Of a stretch of DNA of 64,000 bases, positions 11,544 to 21,529 are shown in pieces. Origin of the DNA: a virus (lineage: Duplodnaviria > Caudoviricetes); the IMG/VR virus record IMGVR_UViG_3300012953_000012, positions 128,001 to 192,000 of that record; one strand, 5' to 3'. Position numbers and translations under genes: made by a program. The notes below the pieces were generated by a model that saw only the letters and a list, made by a program, of their open reading frames with translations, ran no database searches and was not told where the DNA came from. Each line of letters opens with the position of its first letter. The stretch's first letter is position 1.

Positions 11544-11777
11544 ATGGAAGACATCGACGAAATCAAGCGGATGCTGAAAGAGAGGGGGATTCCCTTCAAC
11601 GGCGGGTGGGGCGAGACCACCGAACGCACCAACATCGAGTCGCCCATGGTCAAGAAGCAGAAGGTGGCTCTACGCCGCCTGGAAGGCATCCTCCAGACTC
11701 AGTTGGAGCAGGACCAGGCGAAGGTCGCGGCGCTCCACGTCCAACTCCAACGCCTGAAGCACGGCGGAGGGTCGTAG
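11544..11777 (+). CDS. Small coiled-coil protein
   Basis: GGGAGA RBS; heptad-like C-terminal half (LRRLEGILQTQLEQDQAKVAALHVQLQRLK). Confidence 0.6.
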   Translation: MEDIDEIKRMLKERGIPFNGGWGETTERTNIESPMVKKQKVALRRLEGILQTQLEQDQAKVAALHVQLQRLKHGGGS

Positions 11778-11780
11778 GGA

Positions 11781-14372
11781 ATGGCCGAGACACCCAAAGA
11801 CTGGATCACGGTACAGCCCAACCTTGACCCCATCATGGTGATCCCGAACGCGATCATCAAGACCATCGACTCGGTGCTGGCGTTCCTGGTCACTCTGCTG
11901 AACATCGCCAACATCATCTTGAACGTGGTCAAGGTGTTCCTGCTCGGGTTGCTCGACCCCATCCGGGCCATCATCGAAGCCATCATCGAGGAGGTCCGGG
12001 CGTTCATCCATGACCTGCGGCAGTTGGGTTTCTACCTCACTGGGGACTGGAACCTCGTCACCGTCAAACCTCTCCGCGCCCCGGAGTTGCTTGGCGGCTA
12101 CGAGTCCTACGAACGCCGGATGCTCAAGCGATTGCTGAACCGCAAAGACCCCGGACGCCCTGACTTCACTTCCCGGTCGGCGGTGATCGGGTTGTTCACC
12201 TACCTGTCCACGGGGGACATCTTCGCGCTGATCGAGTTGATCAACCGCATCAAGGCATTCTTCGGTGCCATGACCTCACCGAGCCAGGCTCCGCTTGTCG
12301 CCCCGACCGTCCCCGAGGCCGAGTTCAAGTCCTCGACCTCCATCCTGCAAAAGCCCCTCTCCCAGTTGACCGGCCCACCAGACCAGGTGACCCTGTCCTG
12401 GAGTATGCCGGGCACGGGATCCCTGTTTTCAGCGGCTCCAGGAGGCTTCCTGGTTCATATCTCCACCGTTGCCAACGGCTTCGGTCTGCGGACCTTCAAG
12501 AACGAGCAGACGGGTGACGCCGCGAACGTGGAGGCTCCCACTTTCCAGCCTTCGGTGGGCATCGACGGGACCAACGGAACGGAGTTGCGTTTGTTTGGGG
12601 GCGTCTGCGACCTCTCCACAGGGGCGTCCGACTACTCAGATGTCGAGGCTGACTCACCTCAGGCGAACAAGTTGCTCCTGTCGTTGGACCAGAACACGCC
12701 GATGGTCCCACCGTCCGAACTTGTGGGGTCAGGCACAGTGCCTATGGGGGCGGCCACATACTTCGTCAAGGTCTCGGGATTCAGCAAGGCGTTCCCCGGC
12801 CAATCGTATTCAGCCTCCTTCTCCTACGACGATCTGCCTCAGAACCCCGCTATCAAGGCGGACGGTCGCGGTGGGGTCGAGGTCACTGGCGAGGACTGCT
12901 ACAACTTCTACGCCCGAGCCAGGCCCGTCACTCCCGAGTACGCTGAGGCCCTGGGGCTGGACGGCAACGCGAAGTCACCGGCACTTGTGACCCCGACCAG
13001 CCTGAAGTTGAACAACTACGCCAACGAGATGATCACCTCCAACGGGAAGGCGCTGTTCAAGCCTCGGCCAGGACCTTCAGGAAAGACGCCAACGCTGTCG
13101 TCCGGGGAGATAGGACCGGCCTCAGCCCCGTGCGTCTTCAGTATGCCCACCGCTGCCGCGATGGACCTGGTCACGGCGACAACCGTGGCGCTGGAGATCC
13201 TGCTCCTCGTTCGCGTGGACCTCGTGGAGGGTGTGCGGCCTGATGATTGGGTTGAGGGGGACAAGTACGGAGGGGCGAACACCTACGCGATAGACCAAGG
13301 GACCGGTCTGGAGCCCCTCAAGGATCTCCTGGCCAACCTCAAGATCGATGACATCTCCCTCTTCTACAAGCAGAAGGATGCGAAGAAGTGGCGGCGTCAG
13401 GTCCGTAGGAAGTGCAAGGCAGCCGCAGCCAGAATGTTCCTGGAAGCCCCCTCGGAAGCGATGGCAGTTGCCCTCGCAGACGAAGTGAGGTTGCTCCTGG
13501 AGTTCAAGTGGTCCGACATTGACTCCGACTGGCCCGACAAGACCATCATTGAAACGATAGCCAACCAGGACCCGACCTGGGGGGTGGCCGCCTACCCCAA
13601 CGGGATCGGGCTTCCGAATACCCTGCGGAGGCTCAGGAGGGGGCCGTCAAGCGGAGAGGCAGACTTGTGGTTGGATCGTTCGACCCTCTTCCCCCCGAAA
13701 CCACTGCCGAGCGGGGCGGACATCAGCGCACAGTTGGCCCTCAAGGGCTACGGAGGGGCCTGGACGACCGGCTTCGGCTGGTCAGACTACTGCCCCGTCC
13801 TGTTCAGTGCCCCGGACGGCACGGCAGCGAATATGTACACCCTCCGCATCAAGTTTGTCCGGCGTTTGCTCATGGACTACGAGAGCGGGAGCCTGCTCGA
13901 CGCAGCGAGCATGGTCTTGAAGGTGGCAGCGGCGGCCAACTCTCGCTCCCCTACGGAGTCTGAGTGGATTACCAAACGGTTCCTCGACGAGGCCCTGGCT
14001 CCCCTCGACAAGTTGCTGGTGGACATCGAGAAGTTCCTGCTGGCCATCCTGGACGGGCTGCAAGGCATGATCGACAAGATCATCGCCTACATCGAAGCCA
14101 TCCAGGCCCGCATCTACCAGATCCAGCAACTCATCCAGATGATCCGGGCGCTGTTGAACTCACTGACGATGTTCGACCTGCCGTCCATGTCGGGTCTGCT
14201 CCTGGTGGAGAACGGCACGGATGGGATCACGAAAGGCTTGATCACCGCAGGGAACAAGCCTTCAGACTCGGCTCTCTCCTACGGCGGTGGGGTGCTTGTC
14301 ATGGCAGGCGGGGTCCCGGCGATTCTGCTTGAGATCCTGGAGTTGATCCTGGGCGGCGGGGGGAGCGAGTAG
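11781..14372 (+). CDS. Putative virion protein with N- and C-terminal amphipathic helical segments, 863 aa
   Basis: Long ORF coupled to its neighbours; helical I/L-rich termini flank a beta-rich core. Confidence 0.6.
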   Translation: MAETPKDWITVQPNLDPIMVIPNAIIKTIDSVLAFLVTLLNIANIILNVVKVFLLGLLDPIRAIIEAIIEEVRAFIHDLRQLGFYLTGDWNLVTVKPLRAPELLGGYESYERRMLKRLLNRKDPGRPDFTSRSAVIGLFTYLSTGDIFALIELINRIKAFFGAMTSPSQAPLVAPTVPEAEFKSSTSILQKPLSQLTGPPDQVTLSWSMPGTGSLFSAAPGGFLVHISTVANGFGLRTFKNEQTGDAANVEAPTFQPSVGIDGTNGTELRLFGGVCDLSTGASDYSDVEADSPQANKLLLSLDQNTPMVPPSELVGSGTVPMGAATYFVKVSGFSKAFPGQSYSASFSYDDLPQNPAIKADGRGGVEVTGEDCYNFYARARPVTPEYAEALGLDGNAKSPALVTPTSLKLNNYANEMITSNGKALFKPRPGPSGKTPTLSSGEIGPASAPCVFSMPTAAAMDLVTATTVALEILLLVRVDLVEGVRPDDWVEGDKYGGANTYAIDQGTGLEPLKDLLANLKIDDISLFYKQKDAKKWRRQVRRKCKAAAARMFLEAPSEAMAVALADEVRLLLEFKWSDIDSDWPDKTIIETIANQDPTWGVAAYPNGIGLPNTLRRLRRGPSSGEADLWLDRSTLFPPKPLPSGADISAQLALKGYGGAWTTGFGWSDYCPVLFSAPDGTAANMYTLRIKFVRRLLMDYESGSLLDAASMVLKVAAAANSRSPTESEWITKRFLDEALAPLDKLLVDIEKFLLAILDGLQGMIDKIIAYIEAIQARIYQIQQLIQMIRALLNSLTMFDLPSMSGLLLVENGTDGITKGLITAGNKPSDSALSYGGGVLVMAGGVPAILLEILELILGGGGSE

Positions 14373-15173
14373 ATGCCTTCATTCTCTTACCAAGGTGCGT
14401 TCCGTGAGGGTCAGTGGCGAGCCTTCCGAACCTTTGCGTTGCGCGAGCGGCGGGACTTCTCGTCCAGGTCCATGGTCATCTCCACCGAGATGGAGCGCAT
14501 CGGGAAGATTGATCTCCTCTACGCCCGTGACCTGACCACAGGTGCGGTGACACAGGAGCGCATCGGGGTCGTGATCGAGAACCCTACCTCCAGCATCGGG
14601 AAACTCCTGACGGCTTACTGCACACTGGGAGGCAATCCCCTGGACATCAGCCTGTTTCTCTACCCCAATGATTCCGATCTTCCGGGGGATGGGTTCGCGT
14701 ACCCGAAGGGGTTCACCTACTCACTCCAAGGCCAGGAGCAGGACGCAGACAGCAACATCGAAAAGTACCAGCCCTCCCGTATCGGCGGTACGCGGGACAC
14801 CCCCAGCGAGGTCACAAGCGTGACCCTGGGCCTTGTGCGTGACCCCATCATCCAGGAGATGTACCAGAAGCGTATCCTCCTGGAGGAACGCATCCTCAAA
14901 CTGGCCGACCTCTACGACCAACTGGAGAAGGAGCAGACCTTGATGCTCCGCGCACAGGGTGTTGGGACTATCGGACAACAGGCGTGGTCCTCGGAGAAGT
15001 ACGACAAGAACCACAGCATCCCGTGTGTGGTGTTCCTGCTCGACCGGACGTTCCGCACGGCAGCACCTGACGGACGGGTTGAGGCCGTGTCCAATGTCAA
15101 CCTGACCAACCTGGGACCGCTGCCGCAGTTGCTGGGCGATGTCCTTCCGGGGGATGGGAACAACGCTCTGTGA
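14373..15173 (+). CDS. Hypothetical protein (structural cluster)
   Basis: ORF abuts the preceding stop (TAGATG). Confidence 0.65.
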   Translation: MPSFSYQGAFREGQWRAFRTFALRERRDFSSRSMVISTEMERIGKIDLLYARDLTTGAVTQERIGVVIENPTSSIGKLLTAYCTLGGNPLDISLFLYPNDSDLPGDGFAYPKGFTYSLQGQEQDADSNIEKYQPSRIGGTRDTPSEVTSVTLGLVRDPIIQEMYQKRILLEERILKLADLYDQLEKEQTLMLRAQGVGTIGQQAWSSEKYDKNHSIPCVVFLLDRTFRTAAPDGRVEAVSNVNLTNLGPLPQLLGDVLPGDGNNAL

Positions 15174-15215
15174 TCCGTTAGAGCGCCTATCGGGTCCTTC
15201 CTGGCAGGAGACCCC

Positions 15216-16196
15216 ATGCGCCCTGACCCTACGAACGTCGCCAACCGCTTCGCCAAGAAGTGGAAGAAACTGCCCCCTGGATGGACCGACGAGTCCGTCA
15301 AGAAGTTTTGGAAGACGCTCGGCAAGGGCACTCCCGAGCACAAGGTGTGGAACTGCATCGAGAAGATGGACGGACACATCCCCAACACGGGAGCCTTCTG
15401 CGGCGGCCTGGCCGACTGGCAGATGCCTGGGTGGCGAGAGAAAAACAAGAAGGAGTCCCCCGAGGCTCGCTCCGATGCGAAGTCCTACTGGAAGGGCAAG
15501 ATCAAGAAGAAGATGAAGGGGAAGAAGGCATCGGAGAAGTACGACTGGGAGGTCAGCGGCTACCCTATCGAGGAAGATCGTGGGGCGGTCGCCAAGTTCC
15601 GAGGAACAGAGCAGGAGTTTGTTCGGTGGTACAACTCCGAAAGGTTCGATGACCTGTGGGACGACATCCAGATTGAAACCTACGACATCCGCTCCAAGAG
15701 GAGGCTTGACGACTGGGCTGTGGAAAGAGGCCGTCTGGAAAAACTGGCTTCGGCTCAACGGGTGGCGCTCCGGTACGCAGCCCGGCACTCTCCTCCCTCG
15801 ATCATGGGATCAGCCAACATGCTGAAGCGCCAGGGTCTGACCCCGGTGGACGTGTGGTTCGGCGAAGTGAAGCCCCATCGACGCCCCATGCTGGAGTTGG
15901 GTGACATGGTGCAGACCCGAGGCGGTGATCTCATGTACTTCGCTGGCGTAGCCTCCGATGGTGGGGCCATCCTCGGCAAGAACGAGCGCGAAGCCGAGCG
16001 CCTTCACAAGCAGGTGATCGAGGACCGCAAGCACCACTCGTCACGCGCCGCGTTTGGCAGCCCTCTCATGCTCCAGCCTGACTACGGCCACGGTGATGCA
16101 GCGGTGCCGGACGGTCGCGTGCCTCCATGCCAGCAGGGATACCACCCATGCCAGCACGGACTCCCCTGCGAATGTGGCGGCGGGTGCGGCAAGTAG
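15216..16196 (+). CDS. Hypothetical Lys-rich protein with VANRFA/RVALRYA motifs; possible head internal protein
   Basis: GGAGA RBS; preceded by CGTTAG-N5-CTAT at 15176-15190; Cys-rich C-terminal tail. Confidence 0.6.
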   Translation: MRPDPTNVANRFAKKWKKLPPGWTDESVKKFWKTLGKGTPEHKVWNCIEKMDGHIPNTGAFCGGLADWQMPGWREKNKKESPEARSDAKSYWKGKIKKKMKGKKASEKYDWEVSGYPIEEDRGAVAKFRGTEQEFVRWYNSERFDDLWDDIQIETYDIRSKRRLDDWAVERGRLEKLASAQRVALRYAARHSPPSIMGSANMLKRQGLTPVDVWFGEVKPHRRPMLELGDMVQTRGGDLMYFAGVASDGGAILGKNEREAERLHKQVIEDRKHHSSRAAFGSPLMLQPDYGHGDAAVPDGRVPPCQQGYHPCQHGLPCECGGGCGK

Positions 16197-16256
16197 CAAA
16201 CACACCCTCCCCGTTGGGTATGACGTAGACAGGTCAACACTAACGGGAGCAGACCA

Positions 16257-16421
16257 GTGTACGAGAGCCGTGACCAGCGCCAAGAAGTCCAGGACTGGGT
16301 GGACGCCCAGTCCGAATGTCCCAGCCGAAAGGAAACCCAGCGACGGTTCCCTGAGATCCCCATCAAGCACGTCCGGGCCGCGATCCAGTCGCGCAAGGAC
16401 CGTGATGGGAGGGGACAATGA
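16257..16421 (+). CDS. Small hypothetical protein, 54 aa (below the ORF-track cutoff)
   Basis: GGGAG RBS then GTG; MYESRDQRQEVQDWVDAQSECPSRKETQRRFPEIPIKHVRAAIQSRKDRDGRGQ; stop overlaps the next ATG (ATGA). Confidence 0.55.
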   Translation: MYESRDQRQEVQDWVDAQSECPSRKETQRRFPEIPIKHVRAAIQSRKDRDGRGQ

Positions 16422-16999
16422 CCCGCGAAGGCAGGGAGGAGGCGACCCTCCTTCTGTTCGGGGTGGTGTTCCTGATGCTCTGGCAGTGTGACGAGCCTTC
16501 GGCGCGTGCGCTCCCTCCACTGGAGATCCCGGACACGGCGGTGGCAGCACCTGAGCCTGACCCTCCCGAGGACTTCGCACGGCACTGTGACGTCAAGCCG
16601 CCGGTCGGCTTCAACCGCATGGTCGAGAAGGCTGCCCAGGAGTCCGAGATCAACCCCCGACTCCTGGCGCTGACCGTGTACCGCGAGAGCCGGTGCAAGG
16701 TGGACGCAGTCGGGGCGGTCGGGGAGATCGGTCTGGGGCAGGTGTACCCGGCCATCTGGACCAAGGTACTGACCGACGAGGGGATCATCGGCTCGGTAGA
16801 TGACCTCTACGATCCTGAGGTCAACCTGCGTGCGGTCGGCTTCATCCTGGGCGAAGCCTTGCGTTACGCGAAGGGAGACCCCACCGATGCACTCCGAAGA
16901 TACAACGGCACCGGCCCCGCAGCAGAGCGGTACGCCCACGAGCAAACCCACCTCTACCAAGCCATGTGGGGAGAATCCCTCTGGTTCCGAGACAGGTAG
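16418..16999 (+). CDS. Lytic transglycosylase (SLT domain) with N-terminal membrane anchor
   Basis: Catalytic Glu motif VYRESRC, GEIGLGQV, LYDPEVNL, ALRRYNG; hydrophobic N-terminus. Confidence 0.85.
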   Translation: MTREGREEATLLLFGVVFLMLWQCDEPSARALPPLEIPDTAVAAPEPDPPEDFARHCDVKPPVGFNRMVEKAAQESEINPRLLALTVYRESRCKVDAVGAVGEIGLGQVYPAIWTKVLTDEGIIGSVDDLYDPEVNLRAVGFILGEALRYAKGDPTDALRRYNGTGPAAERYAHEQTHLYQAMWGESLWFRDR

Positions 17000-17256
17000 C
17001 CTGACCCTGTGTGGCCCCAGCCTACGACCCCAGCCTATCTGCGACTGGGGAGGCTGCTCCCAGCGGGCGACACAGGCCCGGCTGTGGCAACGGCTGTGGC
17101 TGCCCGTCTGTGATACCTGTGCCGTGAGATAGCCTCACCGACCCGCCTGCCCCCGCCGTCTTTCACTCTTCTTGTTCAGCGGCCAGGACAGGCGGGTCGT
17201 TTTGGTACTTCGTCTATGGGGCACGGGTATGGTGGGGCTTCCCCGTGGAGCCGACC

Positions 17257-17451
17257 ATGCCTCTCTTTGAATACCGCTGCCAGAAGTGCGGACACGAGTT
17301 TGAACGGCTCGTCAAACACTCCGAACGCGACACACCCCAGAAATGCGTCAACCCGAAATGCGAGTCCACGGACACGAGGAAACTCGTCTCCCGGACTTCC
17401 TTCTCTCTCAAAGGAGGAGGCTGGGCAGCAGACGGCTACGCGAACGACTGA
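17257..17451 (+). CDS. FmdB-family zinc-ribbon protein
   Basis: MPLFEYRCQKCGHEFE...C..C...KLVSRTSFSLKGGGW..DGY matches the FmdB/CxxC_CxxC_SSSS pattern. Confidence 0.85.
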   Translation: MPLFEYRCQKCGHEFERLVKHSERDTPQKCVNPKCESTDTRKLVSRTSFSLKGGGWAADGYAND

Positions 17452-17458
17452 GTGACCC

Positions 17459-18712
17459 ATGCCATACCGCCTACTGACTGCCCTACTGACCGTGACCCTT
17501 GCTGGGTGTCCCAGCCCAACGCCCCCGGAGCCAACGACGTGCCAGGCTGATCCCGCGTGGATCACCAACCCGTCGATGCCCGGAGAGGTGCCTGAGGCTG
17601 AGTCCTTCTGCGACTTCTACCAGTTCAGTTGGCAGTGGATGATCGCCCAGGCCAGCCCTGACCAGAGCGGAGAGCCGGTGTTCATGCAGAACCGGGTCTA
17701 CTCCCCGACCGGAGGCAACGACCAGTGTGCCGATGCGCCCATCACAGGCGTCCTGGGGGCCATGGAGCAGTTGATCCCACGTCAGGGCAAGCCCACCAAC
17801 TTTGAGGACGCCCAGGCGGACGGCAACGCCCTCTACGACCAGAACGGCAACGTCCTCTACTACAACGCCTTCTACTCCCAGGAGTTGTGCAGCGCGACCT
17901 CAGCCGGGTTCGTGCCGGGCACGCTGGAAGCAAAGGTGTCGTGGATGATCCTCCAGGAAGGGACGCACCACACCTACTACACGGTCAGCGCCTCGCTACC
18001 GGGTCACGAGGAGCAACTCACCCTCGGCCTGGTCGGGCTTCACCTGGCCATCTGGACACCCCACCACCCGGAAATGATCTGGGCCACCTGGGAGCACAAG
18101 ACCAACGCACCGCTGTGCAACGGGAGCAGCGCCGCGAGCGGTTGGTCCCTGGCCTCGGACGAGGCGGCGGCGTGTCTACAGGCCAATGCGACCGTAGGAC
18201 CTGGACCGTCGCCTCGGTGCGCGTCGTTCAACTTCAACACGGCCCACCCTCACTCCAGTGAGGTCCCTGTCACGGGTGATCCCATCAACGTCTGTCGGCA
18301 GTACGCCTACGGCAACCAGGACGGCACCGCAGTCAACGGGAACGACAACGTGGCGAACCTGGCGGCGATCACAGAACTCAACACTGCGCTCGTCGGCGAC
18401 GAAGGGCTCCTGACCCAACTGCCCTCGGACAACCCGATGCAGGTCTGGTCCAACTACGAGATGGTGGGAGCCATCTGGACGAAGGACGGTGCGGACTCTG
18501 GACCGCCTCCCGTGCCGAGCACTCAGACGCAAGGCCCCGGTGATGCCAACAGCCCCCAGCGCGGCTCGTTGGAACTGACCAACATGACCCTGGAAACCTT
18601 CCAGCAGGGCGACACCAGTGCGGTGCCTAACTGCTTCGGGTGCCACAACTACGACTCGTCGAAGCCTCTGGACGTCTCACACATCCAGTCGAAGTTGCTG
18701 CCGTCAGAGTGA
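17459..18712 (+). CDS. Predicted lipoprotein with one c-type heme-binding motif
   Basis: Lipobox LAGC after a hydrophobic signal; C-terminal NCFGCH; FYQFSWQW, LGLVGLHLA, IWATWEH, LTNMTLETFQQ segments. Confidence 0.7.
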   Translation: MPYRLLTALLTVTLAGCPSPTPPEPTTCQADPAWITNPSMPGEVPEAESFCDFYQFSWQWMIAQASPDQSGEPVFMQNRVYSPTGGNDQCADAPITGVLGAMEQLIPRQGKPTNFEDAQADGNALYDQNGNVLYYNAFYSQELCSATSAGFVPGTLEAKVSWMILQEGTHHTYYTVSASLPGHEEQLTLGLVGLHLAIWTPHHPEMIWATWEHKTNAPLCNGSSAASGWSLASDEAAACLQANATVGPGPSPRCASFNFNTAHPHSSEVPVTGDPINVCRQYAYGNQDGTAVNGNDNVANLAAITELNTALVGDEGLLTQLPSDNPMQVWSNYEMVGAIWTKDGADSGPPPVPSTQTQGPGDANSPQRGSLELTNMTLETFQQGDTSAVPNCFGCHNYDSSKPLDVSHIQSKLLPSE

Positions 18713-18760
18713 GACCGGTAGTCCGTCTATCGAAAACCACCAGCAACGAAGGAGGTCAAC

Positions 18761-19261
18761 ATGGCCCGCAAACTGATGGCTTCTGACCGGAAGTCCCTGA
18801 TCCGTCTGGCGTCCTCACTCCCCGTAGGTAGTGAGGATCGGAGAACCATCCTCTCCGCGCTCAAGAAAGCCCGGACCTTCAACCCGTACCGCACGGGTCA
18901 CAAGTACGGCATCGACTTGAAGACCGTGGACAACAAGACCGTGAAGCGGTACGGCTCTGATGGTAATGCCACTTCGGGACTCAGCGGGCTGTTTTACGCC
19001 ACCGGAACCGTCACTGACTCCAGCCGCCCCGGAGAGCACCCCTTCATGGCGGTGTTCCGCATCGACCAATCACCACGGTCGGGGACAATGATCTTTGATG
19101 TGGAGCGGGTGTATGGCAGAAGTGCCGAGGCCGCGATGAACGCCGAGATCGCCTCGTATGTCTTTTTTCAGAACTCCAGGGCTGCTTCCAAGTTGGTGGA
19201 CATGCTGGGCCGCATCCAGTACGTTCCCGCACCCGGAACCGAGCGTGACTTCATGGATTGA
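18761..19261 (+). CDS. Hypothetical protein with N-terminal LIRLAxxLPxGS motif
   Basis: AAGGAGG RBS; CGGTAG-N5-CTAT at 18716-18730; ASDRKSLIRLASSLPVGSEDRRTILSALKKA. Confidence 0.8.
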   Translation: MARKLMASDRKSLIRLASSLPVGSEDRRTILSALKKARTFNPYRTGHKYGIDLKTVDNKTVKRYGSDGNATSGLSGLFYATGTVTDSSRPGEHPFMAVFRIDQSPRSGTMIFDVERVYGRSAEAAMNAEIASYVFFQNSRAASKLVDMLGRIQYVPAPGTERDFMD

Positions 19262-19361
19262 GGCCGTACTTGAGCAGGCGGTAGATCTTGAGGACGAGGT
19301 AACCGTAGACGGCGGTGCAGATGAACACGCCCGCAGCCATGCCGAGAATGAAGTGGGTCAC
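19251..19361 (-). CDS. Small single-TM peptide, 36 aa
   Basis: MTHFILGMAAGVFICTAVYGYLVLKIYRLLKYGLNP; GTGA overlap with the upstream ORF stop. Confidence 0.4.
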   Translation of the reverse strand: MTHFILGMAAGVFICTAVYGYLVLKIYRLLKYGLNP

Positions 19362-19597
19362 GGATCACCCTGCTTCATCGAGGGGGCTTGCCCATCCTCC
19401 AAAGCAGGAACAGGCAGACGCCGAGGACGAAGGTGATCTGGTACACCAGCGGGAGCAGCATCGGACGCGCTCTCCTTGCGAAGGCGTTCGACCTCAGCGA
19501 GCAGCCTCTTGAGATCCTGCTGCGCGGTCAGGATGTGCCACTTGTAGAAACTGTCCGCCATGCGGCTTCGGATGGCTTCCAGTTCGTCGTCGGTCAT
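19358..19597 (-). CDS. Hypothetical phage protein
   Basis: MTDDELEAIRSR...DLKRLLAEVERLR, a pattern common in small phage ORFs. Confidence 0.5.
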   Translation of the reverse strand: MTDDELEAIRSRMADSFYKWHILTAQQDLKRLLAEVERLRKESASDAAPAGVPDHLRPRRLPVPALEDGQAPSMKQGDP

Positions 19598-19829
19598 TGG
19601 TCTCTCTCGCCAAAAGCGCACGGGCCTTGTGGTACGCCTCCTCGGAGCAGGAGGCGCGGACGTGAGCATGGTACGCATCCGCATGATCTTCCGTGGCGTA
19701 CCACGGAGTCAATGGGTCTCCGTTGTCGGGGTTGGCGTCAACGGGGCGAGGGGGGACAAGGCGTCCCTCCTTGCGTGGCAGCAACTTGCCGCCGGATCGG
19801 ATGAAGTAGTACCAGCGCATGACCCTATG

Positions 19830-20138
19830 CTACCCGGCGTCGTCCATGATGGAGGCGTACTCCTCGGGGGTCAGGGTGACCTCCGCACCGGATTCGTCCA
19901 GGGCCTCGACGACCCAGTGGTTGGAGACTGTCCAGGCCAGTGACCCCATGTCCACGCCGTCGTGCGTCAGGGTCTTTTCCTCCGGGGGTGGTCCCAGGAT
20001 CACCCGTCCGTTGCACTCGGCCCAGGGGAACTTCTCGCCTCCCTCGGCCAGGTACGCTGTGATGGTCTGATCTTCACGTCGGATGTTGATCTGCAAGTCC
20101 GCCGGAAGTCCGGTCGGTGTGGTGATTGCTCCGCTCAT
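19830..20138 (-). CDS. Hypothetical protein
   Basis: AGGAG RBS, ATGA overlap with the upstream gene; starts MSGAITT. Confidence 0.6.
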   Translation of the reverse strand: MSGAITTPTGLPADLQINIRREDQTITAYLAEGGEKFPWAECNGRVILGPPPEEKTLTHDGVDMGSLAWTVSNHWVVEALDESGAEVTLTPEEYASIMDDAG

Positions 20139-21448
20139 GCTGACTCCTTTGAAGTCTCGGCTGGGGTTCCCAGCACATAGGTGTGGCTGTCGGGGACCGA
20201 GCCTCGGCTTCCCTTCTTGTAGGGCTTCACCCATCGCCGTTTCAGAGCGAGTTGTTCGGTGATCGTTTGCTTTTCGGTTCGGTGATGGGCCTCAGCCCGG
20301 CGCAGAGCCGCGACAATAGGCACTAAGGTAGTGATCTCAGGGTCGTCTTCGGAGAGGCTTGCCAGACGCTTGCGGGCTTTGTTGGCCTCTTCCTGGGCCT
20401 CGTCGTGTGCTTGCGTGGCTTCCCGGATGCGGTGGGCGATGGTGTCTCGTCGAGGCCACCAGTGGCCTCGGACCCAATGCTCACGTTGGGAGGTCCCCGT
20501 ACCAGTGCTGGTGGAGGGTTCGTTGCCTCGGATGCGGACGGAACGCCCAACCCACGAAACGATGTCGGTGGGCAGCGTGGTCAACTGCTTCCGCAACTTA
20601 CGCCCCCGACTCTTGTTTGGATTCTTCATGCGGCCCAGAGCGGTCGTGATCTCCTTGCGGCGGAGGTTGGCCTCGACCACAGCCTCGTCCAGAGTGACCT
20701 CCGCGTCCTGGCAGTCCATATAGAGCAGAGCGTTGAAGAGCACGCGCATCACATGGAGGACGCCCGCGATGGCCGTCCCTCCGTCGTTCCTGGGCATCTG
20801 GGTGGACAGTCCGAGGCTGCGTCCAAAATCAGTCATCTCAGTCAGCGAGGCATCGCGCTCGGGATCATTCAGCATGGCAAGGAGGTAGGTCTCCAGGTCC
20901 GTATTCCTCATCTCCGCGAGATCGAAGGTGAACCACATGGACGCATCGTCGCCGGGGCCGTGGGAGCGTTCATTCTCCATGCCCCAGATATAGACGTTGA
21001 TCATCCCTTCGGGGCAGGTGACCTCACCTTCCACGTCCTGGATGCACTCGCCTGGGGGGACGTAGCGCACGAACACGCCTCCGACCTTGTGCCAGAGGGT
21101 CTTTTCGCCACCCCAGATCTGGGCCTCGCAGTCCGGCAACGCCATGTAGAGACAGCGGTAGGGCAACTTGAGTTCGTTGAACCCAATGTCCTTCAACGAG
21201 GTGCGGGCCAATGCGTCCTGCATCTCGTTGGGGACCACAAAGGTCTGACGGCCTTGTGTGCGGTACTCCGCAAGGAACAGGGTGAGGGTGTAGAGGGCAC
21301 GGTGGAACCCCACGCCGGGCATATCGAAAAGAGGCATCACCGACTGTTGGTCAGTGCCATCTACGAGGGCCTGGACGATCTGCTCGTGGAAGGGGTCACG
21401 GGGAACCTCTCGGGGGAGCATCCGAATCTGGTCAAACACGTTGATCAT
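20135..21448 (-). CDS. Hypothetical protein, 437 aa
   Basis: AGGA RBS; long ORF; HWVRGHW and WVKPYKKG motifs. Confidence 0.7.
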   Translation of the reverse strand: MINVFDQIRMLPREVPRDPFHEQIVQALVDGTDQQSVMPLFDMPGVGFHRALYTLTLFLAEYRTQGRQTFVVPNEMQDALARTSLKDIGFNELKLPYRCLYMALPDCEAQIWGGEKTLWHKVGGVFVRYVPPGECIQDVEGEVTCPEGMINVYIWGMENERSHGPGDDASMWFTFDLAEMRNTDLETYLLAMLNDPERDASLTEMTDFGRSLGLSTQMPRNDGGTAIAGVLHVMRVLFNALLYMDCQDAEVTLDEAVVEANLRRKEITTALGRMKNPNKSRGRKLRKQLTTLPTDIVSWVGRSVRIRGNEPSTSTGTGTSQREHWVRGHWWPRRDTIAHRIREATQAHDEAQEEANKARKRLASLSEDDPEITTLVPIVAALRRAEAHHRTEKQTITEQLALKRRWVKPYKKGSRGSVPDSHTYVLGTPAETSKESA

Positions 21449-21529
21449 GGTCAGTCCTACTTGATGGGGGGCGAGATCACCCCCCTACAGACAAGACGCC
21501 AGCCGAGAGCCTTCGCGGACAGACTCGGA

